Notes under the pieces: model-generated | The model's input: only the letters and a program-made list of their open reading frames with translations | What the model was told of the DNA's origin: nothing | Database searches by the model: none | Assembly: GCA_048938295.1 (NCBI GenBank) | Contig: JBHLMI010000008.1 | Span: 1-32,000, forward strand | Source: Promethearchaeota archaeon | GTDB lineage: Archaea > Asgardarchaeota > Hermodarchaeia > Hermodarchaeales > Hermodarchaeaceae | Direction: 5' to 3' | DNA length: 32,000 nt | In this document: piece by piece, positions 8,489-18,650 of the stretch | How positions within the stretch are numbered: the first letter of the stretch is position 1 | Layout of the letters: each line of letters opens with the position of its first letter | Program-made: the position numbers and the translations under genes

Positions 8489-9634
8489 CTATTCAAATGC
8501 ATTTAGGATGTCAAGAGCTCTATCAATATCCTTTGGAGTATTATATAGATGTGGGGAAAAACGCAAGAGACCTTCACGGAAAGAGATGTACACCTTTTCC
8601 TCTTGGAGCAGTTTGAATATAGCTTTGTTGCGTTCCGATTCTTTGTGGCTTACCAGTATTATAGCGGATCTTGTGTCTCCTTTAAGGGGACTGTGAATAT
8701 CATATTTGTTTGTATCAAGACCATTGATGAACTGGGTGACGAGTTGATTGTTATGCTTCTCGATGTTACGTATGCCATGTTTGATGAAGAGTTTGACCGA
8801 TTCAGTCCAGGGCGCGAAGTTAAACAGGTTAGCCGTACCGAAGACATCATATTGCGCGGCACCAAGATCAGTAAGGATTTGGTAGTCCCTGATCTTGTCT
8901 AATTCCCGGTCGCCTTGCATAGGTATCCAGTAGGCCTGGTTGTATTCCAGATTGTTGATGTGTTCCAGCTTCATCCAAGTAAAACCCGTGGCATAGGGTC
9001 CGCACAACCACTTGTATCCTGTACAGGTGATGCCATCGACTGGCACCTTCGAGACATCAAAGGGAATGGCGCCTAAGCCTTGAGTAACATTGAGGAGGAA
9101 AAGCACTTTATGCTGTTGACATATCTTACTTATAGCGTTCGCGTTTAATTTGAAACCTGTAAAGGAATCAACCCAAGTGGCGCAAAGGATTCGTGTTGAA
9201 TTGGAGAGAGCGGCGAGGAGATCCGTAGGGCGTAAATAGCCAGCTTTTGGCTTGATTTCGTGAACTCGAATTCCTTTCTTGCGGAGATACACCCATGGGA
9301 GTATTGTAGCAGGGAAGTCTCCTTTGACTAGAAGTATCTCGTCGCCTTTTTGGAGAGGAATGCCATTAGCCCAAAGATGTAATCCATATGACGCGCTATT
9401 GCCTAGGATGATTTCTTTGGCAGGAGCTCCAATGAGCTTGCCTAGGGCGATTTTGAGGTTTTGAGGAATGTCTTCGAAGACGGTTTCCTTGATTTTATAA
9501 GGCTCTGTATTCCATTTGATTACTTCTCGTGCTGCTTCATAAGCAACCCTAGGCATAGCGCCAATACTGGAGGCATTGATCCAGGAATTATCATGGAAAG
9601 AACAAAAATCATCACTAAAGGAGGCCATAATCAC
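8489..9634 (-). CDS. aminotransferase class V / cysteine desulfurase-like PLP enzyme
   Basis: Motifs 'WINASSIGAMP', PLP-lysine 'TGYKWLCGP' and 'LRFSPHLYNT..DI'. Confidence 0.88.
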   Translation of the reverse strand: MIMASFSDDFCSFHDNSWINASSIGAMPRVAYEAAREVIKWNTEPYKIKETVFEDIPQNLKIALGKLIGAPAKEIILGNSASYGLHLWANGIPLQKGDEILLVKGDFPATILPWVYLRKKGIRVHEIKPKAGYLRPTDLLAALSNSTRILCATWVDSFTGFKLNANAISKICQQHKVLFLLNVTQGLGAIPFDVSKVPVDGITCTGYKWLCGPYATGFTWMKLEHINNLEYNQAYWIPMQGDRELDKIRDYQILTDLGAAQYDVFGTANLFNFAPWTESVKLFIKHGIRNIEKHNNQLVTQFINGLDTNKYDIHSPLKGDTRSAIILVSHKESERNKAIFKLLQEEKVYISFREGLLRFSPHLYNTPKDIDRALDILNAFE

Positions 9635-9689
9635 CTACCCATGCACCAATATGTGCAAGTTTCCTTAAGGTTTCTTTTGTTTCATAAGT

Positions 9690-10583
9690 GTGAGTAACCA
9701 TAAGTGTGAAAAGTCTCATTGTCACTCGGTGACGATAGTTGGGATACTTGTGAACCTGCTATCAATTACGACACCACCGCTTGCGATTTTAATTCAAAGG
9801 CCCGTCTATGAGTTAGAGGCTCTTTTTCAAATTATGCGGCGAATACGAAACGAAGGTTTGGTTGATGGATTTGAGTTCCAAAATCTAGCAGAGTGGGATG
9901 TTGCGGGACCTCCGCTTGATAAGGCAAAGTTTGAAGTCCGCATTAAAAATTGGAAAATCTGTGAAAAGCATGATGTCGATGAATTGACGGATAAGTTGAA
10001 GCAATTGAAGCTGCCGATTCTTTCTGTTCATGCTAATCGCGATGTTGGCATCTGCCTTTGTAGCAGTAAACGACGTGAAATTACTCGTGGTCATCAACTA
10101 ATTCACGACTCTCTTAGACTCACCCGAGAGGTGAATGCAGAAGTGTGCGTGTTTCATCTTTGGGATACTTGGAGTAAGCGATTTGATCCATTGCAATTGA
10201 AACACACACTGGATTCATTTGCTGATGAGTTTTCAGAGGTTAAGGCTGCTGTTGAAAACATACCAATTAGCCTTGATAATATGACTCCCTTTGAGGTAGT
10301 GAAAGAATTCGAATGGATTACGCTTGATTTGAGGTGGGCAGGTATGTACAATGAATTGCACAAGTTTGCATCGGTTAAACATAGAATCGTCAATGTTCAC
10401 CTTCGTGGTCGACTTGAAACGAATCACTGGGTAATTCATCACTCGCCTTTCACTTTATCCGATGCCTTGGAATTGATTCGAAACGAATGGAAATACCATG
10501 GTCTACTCACGATTGAGCCTGAAGGTGGTTTGAAAAATGCTAAATGGAAGAATTTTGCAACGGCTTTGAAAGAAATTCGTTAA
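9690..10583 (+). CDS. sugar-phosphate isomerase/epimerase-like TIM barrel (AP endonuclease 2 family)
   Basis: Motifs 'SVHA', 'VFHLW', 'AVENIP', 'TLD', 'NVHLRG' and 'TIEPE'. A later start (e.g. GTG 9750) is likely. Confidence 0.7.
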   Translation: MSNHKCEKSHCHSVTIVGILVNLLSITTPPLAILIQRPVYELEALFQIMRRIRNEGLVDGFEFQNLAEWDVAGPPLDKAKFEVRIKNWKICEKHDVDELTDKLKQLKLPILSVHANRDVGICLCSSKRREITRGHQLIHDSLRLTREVNAEVCVFHLWDTWSKRFDPLQLKHTLDSFADEFSEVKAAVENIPISLDNMTPFEVVKEFEWITLDLRWAGMYNELHKFASVKHRIVNVHLRGRLETNHWVIHHSPFTLSDALELIRNEWKYHGLLTIEPEGGLKNAKWKNFATALKEIR

Positions 10584-10616
10584 TTTGGTCTTCATAAAAG
10601 AGATGCATATGAGAAA

Positions 10617-11528
10617 TTAGAATTGCTTCTTGAAGTAATATTCTTTGGTTGGAGGGGGATAGCCTTCGGAGCTCCCAAAGATCTCATAATTGGCTTTTTC
10701 AAAGAATTCTGGTGTTTGGAAGGAGTATACCATGGCAAGTGCTGAGATGCAGCCTTTTTGTTTGGCTATTCGTTCTGCGGCGAGAATCAGTTCTGTCCCA
10801 TAGCCTTGCCTTCGATAGTCTTCGTGCATCCAAATCTTAAGAATGTACAGTGCTTTAAGAACTGTACTTGTGAGTATTCCCCCGATCACTTTTTCTCTGT
10901 CATTTTTGATTACTAAGTTGATTTGGATTGGAGGGTTCTGTTTCTCGAGGTCCCCAATCTGCTCTATAACATATTCGTGGAGACCCGCATGGAGAACTTT
11001 CTTCGATTCTTCTGAGGCATCTTCACAAATCGTATAGCCTGTCTTTTTGAGTATGGTATCAATCTGATTTTGGTTATCTTGTCTAGGGAGGCGTTTGGTT
11101 AAGATGTATTCGGTAATGCCTTCGGGGTATCCATCAAAGATGCCTAAAACCTTGTATCCGATGCTCTGATAGAACTCAGGGGCTTGAAAAGAAAAAGTCC
11201 AGGTCTAGGAGGATGGATACCCTTTTTCTTTTCCGATTTTTTCAGAAGCCAAGACTAGTGCTTTTCCAAGTCCTTGTCGTCGGTGTTGTTTACTGACCCA
11301 GAGTACTTCGAGATGCATAACACCAGTCAGCATACTCGTAATAACGCCTCCAATGATTATTCCATTCTTATCTCGTAAAACCAAGCTGATATCAGGCGGT
11401 GGAATATCTAATTTACCGTGTGGATGAGCTTTATTGTGTTCATCAAGGCCTTGTTTAACGACTTTGATTTCTTTATCCGAGGGATCTTTGGTGATGCTAA
11501 ATTGCTTAGTATCTTTGCCTGAATTCAT
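10617..11528 (-). pseudogene. tandem two-domain GNAT acetyltransferase interrupted by one in-frame TAG (codon 108)
   Basis: Manual translation shows 11528-10617 is one frame of 304 codons including the final TAA. The only internal stop is TAG at 11205-11207 (GYPSS*TWTFSFQAPEFY). Both halves carry RRQG.G..L and SFQ.PEF motifs. Confidence 0.8.
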
Positions 11529-11706
11529 CTTGATTCATCCACAGTTATTGAGCATTTAGAGAATCGATTTTCAAGTTAAACGAGGTGGTGGAGAGCTTGA
11601 CCAAGGTACTCATTGAAAAGTGCTGGTACTTCTAAAATATTTTTTCTATCATAAGATACTATGATAACTACCATCATTAGCCAGTGGACAATTCCTGATT
11701 CGAAGA

Positions 11707-11937
11707 CTAATCAGTGTAGTCCTCAAGGGGACACCAATCAGGAATTGTAAAACCCTTTTTAATGAGGTCTTCAAAGCTAATGATGAATTTTGCACCAGTT
11801 ATTAAGTTGGGATGGGTACAATAGAGGGCGACCTTGCTGCTGCTTCGTTCGCCATGGTTTCGAACATAGGGACATTCAATGCAGTTCTCAACCACAATGA
11901 GTTTCTTTTTCGTATCACATTCAACCATGTTGATCAC
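11707..11937 (-). CDS. small Cys-rich hypothetical protein, putative metal-binding
   Basis: 76 aa with CIECPY, YCTHP and IPDWCPL. Confidence 0.6.
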   Translation of the reverse strand: MINMVECDTKKKLIVVENCIECPYVRNHGERSSSKVALYCTHPNLITGAKFIISFEDLIKKGFTIPDWCPLEDYTD

Positions 11938-12077
11938 GCTATAAAATAGGTGTACGGCTTTAGGCGTGCTTTTATTCTACTAAAAGTGTATAGGTGTTGC
12001 GATGATGACCGGCAAGTCCGGTTGCTTTTTATCATACAATCTAGCCATCTGCCAATACTACTCGAGGAGCCTGTCTA

Positions 12078-13049
12078 ATGCCAAGTGTTTTGGATTCAAT
12101 TAAAGTCAAAGGTATGTTCTTTAAAAATAGATTCGTGATGCCTCCCATGCAAGGAGATCATGCTACGGTGGAAGGGGGTGTCACTGAGAAGCTCATCAAA
12201 TTTTATGAAGACCGCGCCGAAGCCGTGGGACTCATCATTGTAGAACATAGCTACGTGAATTTGCATGGTCAGCTTAGTAAACGGCAGTTAGGAATTTATG
12301 ATGATCATCTAGTCCGCGGTCTGAAAGAATTGGTGAAGAGGATTCAACCTTTCAATACCCGAATTGTTTTACAATTGAGCCATGCGGGTGCTAAAGCTCC
12401 TTCAAGGTTGGGTATCGGATCTGTGGCTCCATCTCCGATGGAAAGTGCCCGTGCACTTTCCACAGAGGAAGTGCAAATGCTGCCCTACACCTTTGGCCGG
12501 GCAGCTGAGAGAGCCATGGAAGCTGGATTTGATGGAGTAGAATTGCATGGTGCTCATGGATTTCTGCTTAACGAGTTCTATTCGCCTTTGACCAATCATC
12601 GAACAGACGAGTATGGAGGCAATTTAGATAATCGGATTCGGCTTCCTATTGAAATTGTGCGCGAAGTGAAAAAGAAAATCGGAACACGACTCCTCCTCTA
12701 TCGAATGGGATCGGTGGATTTAGAATTGATGGGCACACAAATCGAAGACTCTCAATTTTTTGGCAAAGCCTTAGCTAATACAGGAGTTGACATTCTAGAT
12801 GTGTCAGGTGGAATGTGTGGTGCTGCTCCCAAGCAACTCGCAGGCCAGGAGGGCTTTTTTGTGCCGCAAGCTGAGGCAATTAAAACACACATAGATATTC
12901 CGGTCATCGGTGTCGGCGGAGTTAGAACCCCGCACTTTGCCAATGAGGTGATAGTTGATGGACGCGTTGATTTCATTGCTGTTGGACGAGCGCTCCGAGA
13001 TGATGCCGATTGGGCAATTAAAGCTGTGAAATACCTTAAGGCACAATGA
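12078..13049 (+). CDS. NADH:flavin oxidoreductase (Old Yellow Enzyme family)
   Basis: Motifs 'KNRFVMPPM', 'QLSHAG', 'GFDGVELHGAHGFLLNEFYSP.TN.RTDEYGG' and 'D.IAVGR'. Confidence 0.93.
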   Translation: MPSVLDSIKVKGMFFKNRFVMPPMQGDHATVEGGVTEKLIKFYEDRAEAVGLIIVEHSYVNLHGQLSKRQLGIYDDHLVRGLKELVKRIQPFNTRIVLQLSHAGAKAPSRLGIGSVAPSPMESARALSTEEVQMLPYTFGRAAERAMEAGFDGVELHGAHGFLLNEFYSPLTNHRTDEYGGNLDNRIRLPIEIVREVKKKIGTRLLLYRMGSVDLELMGTQIEDSQFFGKALANTGVDILDVSGGMCGAAPKQLAGQEGFFVPQAEAIKTHIDIPVIGVGGVRTPHFANEVIVDGRVDFIAVGRALRDDADWAIKAVKYLKAQ

Positions 13050-13081
13050 TGGAAACAAAATCAGCAAAGAAAGGATAAGCT

Positions 13082-13100
13082 GAGGTGCAAATTGCACCTC
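13082..13100. terminator. perfect inverted repeat between convergent genes (possible terminator or binding site)
   Basis: GAGGTGCAA-A-TTGCACCTC between the stops of OYE (13049) and the OxlT-like MFS (13116). Confidence 0.35.
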
Positions 13101-13115
13101 GAGCATATCTCGCAG

Positions 13116-14414
13116 TTATTCTTTCTGGGGCTTCCGGATTCTGTAGAGCGTTATCGCGAGAATTACGGCGATGATCGCTAGAATAGCTGTAAGGACGAAT
13201 GCAAGTACGTAGCTCCCCGTGAAGTCGACTATGAGACCTGCGGCGAGTGCACCAATTATTCCGGCAACACCGTACGAGGTGAAGAGAAATCCGTAGTTGG
13301 AACCCACGTTATTTGTTCCATAGTAGTCTGCAGTTGATGATGGAAAGAGTGCAAAGTTACCACCGAAACAAAGCCCGACCAGTGATGCTACTGCCATTAC
13401 AATAATCCAACTTGCATTTGTGATGCTGAGAAAAGCAAAGGCAAACATCCCAATGGTCAAGAAGGTAAACATGAAGACCATAGTAGTGACTCGTCCAATG
13501 CGGTCAGAGACTGCGCCCCACACAATTCGCCCAGCAGCATTGAAAATGGACATGACACCGACGATAATGGCGGCGATGAATGGCCATTCGGGAAGACTAG
13601 CGGTCAAGGGATCAATCGCTGCGGCTGCAGATTTCACGTTTCCGAGGGTCATAAGCCCAGCAGTAGCGGCGAAGAGGAACATGAACCAAAGCAACCAGAA
13701 CACAGCGGTAACGATCATTTGGCGAGGAAGATATTCTTGTCCCCTAGCCTCGGCAGTGCTTACCGCTGGGATATAGCCAGGTGGCTTCCATCCAAGTGGT
13801 GGATTCGTAAGTAGTTGGGAACCCAACACTACCAAGATGAGGTAAAGGACACCAAGAACTAAGAATGCCCCACCTACGAGGGGGAAGACCCCCGGTAGTA
13901 ATAGGAGCCAGGTTTGAACATATCCCATTACAAGGGCACCTGCTCCAAATCCAGCCACAGCAATTCCTGTGATCAGACCTTTTTTGTCAGGGAACCATTT
14001 AACAAGGGCTGCTATTGGGCACACATAAGCAAACCCGATACCAGCACCAGCAATTATGCCATAGGTGAGAACAAGCCAAAGAGTCCCAATTAGAGAGTTA
14101 CCTTGACTAACGATATCAACAAGTCCCGCCAACAGATAACCGACACCGAGAAGAATTCCACCAATGGTAGCAACTTTTCGTGGACCGATACGGTCTTGCC
14201 ATCGACCAGCAAGAATCATAAAAGCTGCAAATGAGGCTAAACCGGCAGCGAATGGTAGTTGTGTCCAAAGTGAAGGCCAAACGTATATTCCTCCACGTAA
14301 AGCCGTTTGGAATATCGACCAAGCATAGATTGAACCTAAACAAACCTGGATAATGAGTGCGCCTAACACGACGAGGTAGCGTCGTGAGCTTCTGATCTCA
14401 ATATCTTCTGACAT
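13116..14414 (-). CDS. MFS transporter, oxalate/formate antiporter (OFA/OxlT-like) family
   Basis: About 12 TM helices; motifs 'G..YAWSIF', 'KWFPDKKGLITGIAVAGFG.G', 'FNAAGRIVWG..SDRIGR' and 'YG..NVGSNYG'. Confidence 0.88.
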   Translation of the reverse strand: MSEDIEIRSSRRYLVVLGALIIQVCLGSIYAWSIFQTALRGGIYVWPSLWTQLPFAAGLASFAAFMILAGRWQDRIGPRKVATIGGILLGVGYLLAGLVDIVSQGNSLIGTLWLVLTYGIIAGAGIGFAYVCPIAALVKWFPDKKGLITGIAVAGFGAGALVMGYVQTWLLLLPGVFPLVGGAFLVLGVLYLILVVLGSQLLTNPPLGWKPPGYIPAVSTAEARGQEYLPRQMIVTAVFWLLWFMFLFAATAGLMTLGNVKSAAAAIDPLTASLPEWPFIAAIIVGVMSIFNAAGRIVWGAVSDRIGRVTTMVFMFTFLTIGMFAFAFLSITNASWIIVMAVASLVGLCFGGNFALFPSSTADYYGTNNVGSNYGFLFTSYGVAGIIGALAAGLIVDFTGSYVLAFVLTAILAIIAVILAITLYRIRKPQKE

Positions 14415-14541
14415 TGCAAATCACACTGAGATTCACTATAATGGTGTATGAAGGTAGCTCAGCAAAATTGTAAGACTCAAATAAGTGTTAGGCACCATCC
14501 AGAAAAAACTGAGTAAAAAGCACCTCAATGTGTCCAATGGG

Positions 14542-17307
14542 CTAACGCTTCGAGTTTAATGAGCTGACAGGAATAATCAGATGCTTTTCCCGGAGTTGAA
14601 AAATCCCATTCAATAATTCAACTGGATTTTCATTCACTGTTTCTATGTATTTGTTCACTATCTCTGAGAGGTAAATATACTCGCGCTGTTTGCTTATCTC
14701 AAGAGCAATGAAATGTAATCTACTTTCCAAATTGGTCAATCGGATATCACCGGTTTTTGTTACAACCTCATGAGGAAAGAGAAGTGAAATGTGAAAGATT
14801 TCTTCAAGGAGCTCATTAGCATTTTGGAATCGTCTTGGCTCATATCCGTGATTCAGCAATTCATTTTGATAGTCAGTTTCGAATCTTTTTGTGAACAATT
14901 CTAGTTTTTGTCGGAGTGTCTCGCTGGGAGTTCCACGATAAACGATGGCGGTTCGGACATGCTGTCCATCATTAATCAATACGCGGAAACCTTCGTACGT
15001 AATTTCAGAGAGCGGAGGATGGTCTTTCGGTCGTTTTTCTTCATTTACGTCAATCGCAAAAGCTTGGATGGCTTGGAGAAAACCGCCAATCAATGAACCA
15101 TCACGGCCTCTCTCTCCCATGGAATCAAAAATGGCTATGCCTGAGCCTCGGTGGAGAACGAGAAATCGCGAGATATTAGTTACATCGTTATAAATGGCCA
15201 AGACCTCTTCTAGCTTTTTCTCGTGGGCTTCTCGTTTGGGAATGACATACCGTTTACGATAGCCTTTGCTATACGCAAGCCATATAGCAATAAGTATAAT
15301 CAAGAACATAATTCCGTAGATTATGAGTGCGAACTCGGGTCGAAGGCCTGTATTTACTATGACACTGAACTGGATCTCTGATCCATCTGCAATAGATGCA
15401 TTTGCATATCCCCACTTTTGGAACTCGAGTCCAAAGGTGATTTCACTATCTGGATCAAAGGATCCTGGTGAGAAAAGGGTCTCATATTCACCTCTAGAAT
15501 TTTGTGTCATCTGAACGATCTGGTTCTGTCCTTGAGGGTTTGAGTAATGTAACTGGACCTGTGCATCAGTAACCGATTCTGCAGAATGAGTATTTTGGAT
15601 ACTGACCCTGATGTAAAACGAACCCCATCCAACGGCGCTATTCGGAGTAGGATATACGATGGTGATTTGGGCTTGGTTCACTATTGTCACTGCTTGTGAT
15701 GCTAAGCCACATTGGGTCCCTGAAGCATAAGACACAAGCATAGTGGTTTCTTCGCCGGCGACTTCTTCACATTGCACAGGAACCTGCCACACCGCACTGG
15801 TAACGCGGTTAGAAAGCGGGTCGAATGTTGGAGTATCATCACGGTGACAAATGGTTCCGTTAGGTAACATTATCGAAATTGACCCCTGATTTCCGGTCAA
15901 TGAGATTGTCTCTAAGACTCCGATAACGCGGATATACTCTTCTACGAGGAGATACTCATTGGAGGTTACATTATCCCACGGGCCAGTTGATGCAACGCTT
16001 TTTTGAAGATACACCTCATTTACGTAATTCGTGCTTCTTGCAGAGATTGTGAACCGATCACCTGATAAGGCAATATTTTCATCCAAAAGAAAGAAGCTGA
16101 ACGACTCATTATATGAATAATCATTCACTGTGAAGCCTGCCGTATCATAAACACGTATCAGCTGCCATCCTTCCGGTAAATAAAGCCCAAATTGATAACT
16201 GGAGATTCCAGGAGGAGGACGTCCGCTAGGAATTGTATAATTTACATTCCATGTAGGGGGTGAATTAACATCGACAGTATAGCCGGATTGGGCTTCATAG
16301 GGGCTCTCACTCTTCATCTTCATCGTGTAATCAAAATCAAATGATATTGAAAATGTGGAGTTGAAAGAAAAGAGTAGGGTTTTATTCCAGGTATTAAGGA
16401 AATCCACTTTTTCTTCTAACACTGGATCAGCAAATATGTCTACTTCACCATTATTGGTAGTTGTGTCTCTAATTGCTGTTCCATTCAGAGTAAGCGCCAC
16501 GTCACTGGGAGCTACATCTGATCCAATTTGGTAGTTGAAGTTGTCAAAAAAGATGTGTCCGTCAACATCGAAGTTATTTATGGTGGTTTTGAAGATATCG
16601 ACACTAAGTATTAATGATCCATTAACAGGGACTGAGGGAACGTTCAGCGTAGTCCAGCTAGTGGGATGAAAATCAAGAGTTGAAGAGATCCAGTTCGTAG
16701 CCGTTGAGCCGAGGTTTGTTTTTATACTTACTTCAATAAATAGCCAACTTGCAGCAGTAATGTCCGGCGAAAATCGTATATCAAAAAATAGTGTGAGGGA
16801 ATCTGGTACTAAAGATGACGTATAGTCAAAGGGATTTTCTATCCACGCGTGTCTTTCTAAAAGCAGTTTGCCATAGGCTAATTCAATATCCAGACAAGAT
16901 CCTGGGTTTCCTCCTGATGTGTTAGCAAGTGAACTAATTAGTCCTCCTCCGCTATCAGCCAGGGTCCAATTAGTACCAGGTTCAGTATATTGTTCGAAAT
17001 CTCCGTTGGGAACAGGATTAATGGTTGTCCGGACATTCTGAATGTCGGTGTGTAAATGATAACCTCGATAAGAGGTTGGATACCACTCAGAAAGATATGA
17101 AAAGGCCGAATCATTGTGGGCATTGAAAAAGTTCGAGCTGTGATTTTGGCCAAATTCATAGACAGTGAGGTTCGTGCCTGCTCCGATTAATTGAGTCGGT
17201 GAAGCAGGAGATGAAATTTGAGCAGAATCAATAGGCGATGTGGGAGTGATGACTAACACACTCACTAGGAGTAGCAAAATGGCTGAAAGGGTTAGTTTTA
17301 GTTTCAA
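14542..17307 (-). CDS. 921-aa single-pass membrane protein: signal peptide, large beta-rich ectodomain (CBM-like start), TM, cytosolic longin-like domain and C-terminal helical/wHTH-like region
   Basis: N-terminal signal peptide; 'PVPNGDFE...W' to 'IFFDNF' jelly-roll-like pattern; TM from about aa 659 followed by basic residues; cytosolic 'FLVLHRGSGIAIF..D.SLIGGFLQAIQAF..EITYEGFRVLI..G......LRQKL..F...FE..Y' longin-like pattern. Confidence 0.7.
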   Translation of the reverse strand: MKLKLTLSAILLLLVSVLVITPTSPIDSAQISSPASPTQLIGAGTNLTVYEFGQNHSSNFFNAHNDSAFSYLSEWYPTSYRGYHLHTDIQNVRTTINPVPNGDFEQYTEPGTNWTLADSGGGLISSLANTSGGNPGSCLDIELAYGKLLLERHAWIENPFDYTSSLVPDSLTLFFDIRFSPDITAASWLFIEVSIKTNLGSTATNWISSTLDFHPTSWTTLNVPSVPVNGSLILSVDIFKTTINNFDVDGHIFFDNFNYQIGSDVAPSDVALTLNGTAIRDTTTNNGEVDIFADPVLEEKVDFLNTWNKTLLFSFNSTFSISFDFDYTMKMKSESPYEAQSGYTVDVNSPPTWNVNYTIPSGRPPPGISSYQFGLYLPEGWQLIRVYDTAGFTVNDYSYNESFSFFLLDENIALSGDRFTISARSTNYVNEVYLQKSVASTGPWDNVTSNEYLLVEEYIRVIGVLETISLTGNQGSISIMLPNGTICHRDDTPTFDPLSNRVTSAVWQVPVQCEEVAGEETTMLVSYASGTQCGLASQAVTIVNQAQITIVYPTPNSAVGWGSFYIRVSIQNTHSAESVTDAQVQLHYSNPQGQNQIVQMTQNSRGEYETLFSPGSFDPDSEITFGLEFQKWGYANASIADGSEIQFSVIVNTGLRPEFALIIYGIMFLIILIAIWLAYSKGYRKRYVIPKREAHEKKLEEVLAIYNDVTNISRFLVLHRGSGIAIFDSMGERGRDGSLIGGFLQAIQAFAIDVNEEKRPKDHPPLSEITYEGFRVLINDGQHVRTAIVYRGTPSETLRQKLELFTKRFETDYQNELLNHGYEPRRFQNANELLEEIFHISLLFPHEVVTKTGDIRLTNLESRLHFIALEISKQREYIYLSEIVNKYIETVNENPVELLNGIFQLREKHLIIPVSSLNSKR

Positions 17308-17497
17308 TGCTCACCCTCGATTTATTGAAAGCCCGCGTCTGTTAGAATTCGATTGCTCCTTTAAATTACTTTGGACTTATTACTCGAATCTGTCTGGTAC
17401 TTAAGAACTTCATAACTGCTTAATTACACTATATGAGGGTGTTGAATTCAAGTGTTTGGATGAATGATTAAATATTATCAATACACTGGTAGACGGG

Positions 17498-17899
17498 GTG
17501 TTAGTCATTTTGAGTGAAGAAGCCTATATTCTCGAGTTCTGTCGCCGGTGGCTCCCTGCCTGGACCGGCAATCAACCTGAATTATTGTTACAGTTTTACA
17601 CAGAAAATGCATTTTACGCAGATCCTGCACATCCTGAGGGAATACAAGGGCAAGACAAGTTAAGAGAGTATTTCACGAAGCTATTGAAATCCAACCCAAA
17701 TTGGGTGTGGGAGCCTGTTGAGGTGTTTCCTACTCGGTATGGTTTCACTCTGAAGTGGCGGGCTTTGATTCCGGTGGGAAAGAAGAAGATAGTTGAGCAT
17801 GGTATGGATATTGTGGAACTCGATGACGGGAAAATCAGCCGCAATGAGGTATATTTCGACCGGAGTCGTTGGCTTGAGGCACTTCCAAAGAAGAAGTAA
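17498..17899 (+). CDS. SnoaL-like / NTF2-fold protein
   Basis: Motifs 'W..AW...........Y.E.A.YADP...GIQG...L..YF' and 'G.D......GKI.RNEVYFD'. Confidence 0.85.
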   Translation: MLVILSEEAYILEFCRRWLPAWTGNQPELLLQFYTENAFYADPAHPEGIQGQDKLREYFTKLLKSNPNWVWEPVEVFPTRYGFTLKWRALIPVGKKKIVEHGMDIVELDDGKISRNEVYFDRSRWLEALPKKK

Positions 17900-18084
17900 G
17901 AGGTGTGCTAGTCTTACAATCTATTTTTTGGTTTTCTCATCTACTCTCATCGAATGTTTTTAGGAAGCAAACATTCTTAACGGTTTTATCAAGCAGTTAG
18001 TTAATTATAGAGGAGTATGGGTTCAGTTACGAATAGGCACTGAATTCCATAATGATTAAAGACACAACAGTGAGGTAATAATTC

Positions 18085-18618
18085 GTGGCGGACATATCCT
18101 CACCAAAACGATGGATATTCAAAGTTATTCTCATGGGTGATTATGCTGTCGGTAAAACTTGCATTATTCGACGGTATGTATCAGACACCTTCATCGAGGA
18201 TTACAAGGCAAGTATTGGTGTGGATATTACATCTCAAGAACTCGACTATAAAGACGATCTTGTGCAATTACAACTTTGGGACATGAGTGGACAAACAGAT
18301 TTCAAACTTGTCCGTAAACAATTCATGAGTGGCACAGACATTGGTATCATTGTCTTTGATTTGACGCGGCCAAGCAGTCTGTTAAACGTGGAAAGATGGA
18401 TTAACGAAATTCATGTGATGCTACCTGAGCTACCTCTTGTGCTGGTGGGTAACAAATCTGATCTCTCCAATGAACGGCAAATTTCCCGAGAAACGGCTGA
18501 GAAGACAGTGAAAAAGTTTGATATGCTTTTTTATTCTGAAACTTCAGCAAAATCTGGGGACAATATTACGCAGCTATTCAAGGATGTGACCAAGCGGTTA
18601 ATGGCGGATATGAAATAG
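18085..18618 (+). CDS. Rab-like small GTPase (second paralogue)
   Basis: G1 GDYAVGKTC, G2 region SIGVDI, G3 LQLWDMSGQ, G4 NKSD, G5 ETSAK. Confidence 0.92.
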   Translation: MADISSPKRWIFKVILMGDYAVGKTCIIRRYVSDTFIEDYKASIGVDITSQELDYKDDLVQLQLWDMSGQTDFKLVRKQFMSGTDIGIIVFDLTRPSSLLNVERWINEIHVMLPELPLVLVGNKSDLSNERQISRETAEKTVKKFDMLFYSETSAKSGDNITQLFKDVTKRLMADMK

Positions 18619-18650
18619 GAAAGGGAATGTAAACAAGGGGGGAATAGGCA

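Noticed and set aside
12002-12070. ATGATGA (C-box-like) followed by a small hairpin, as a possible C/D-box sRNA
   Set aside because: No CTGA D box at a suitable distance before the OYE start codon.
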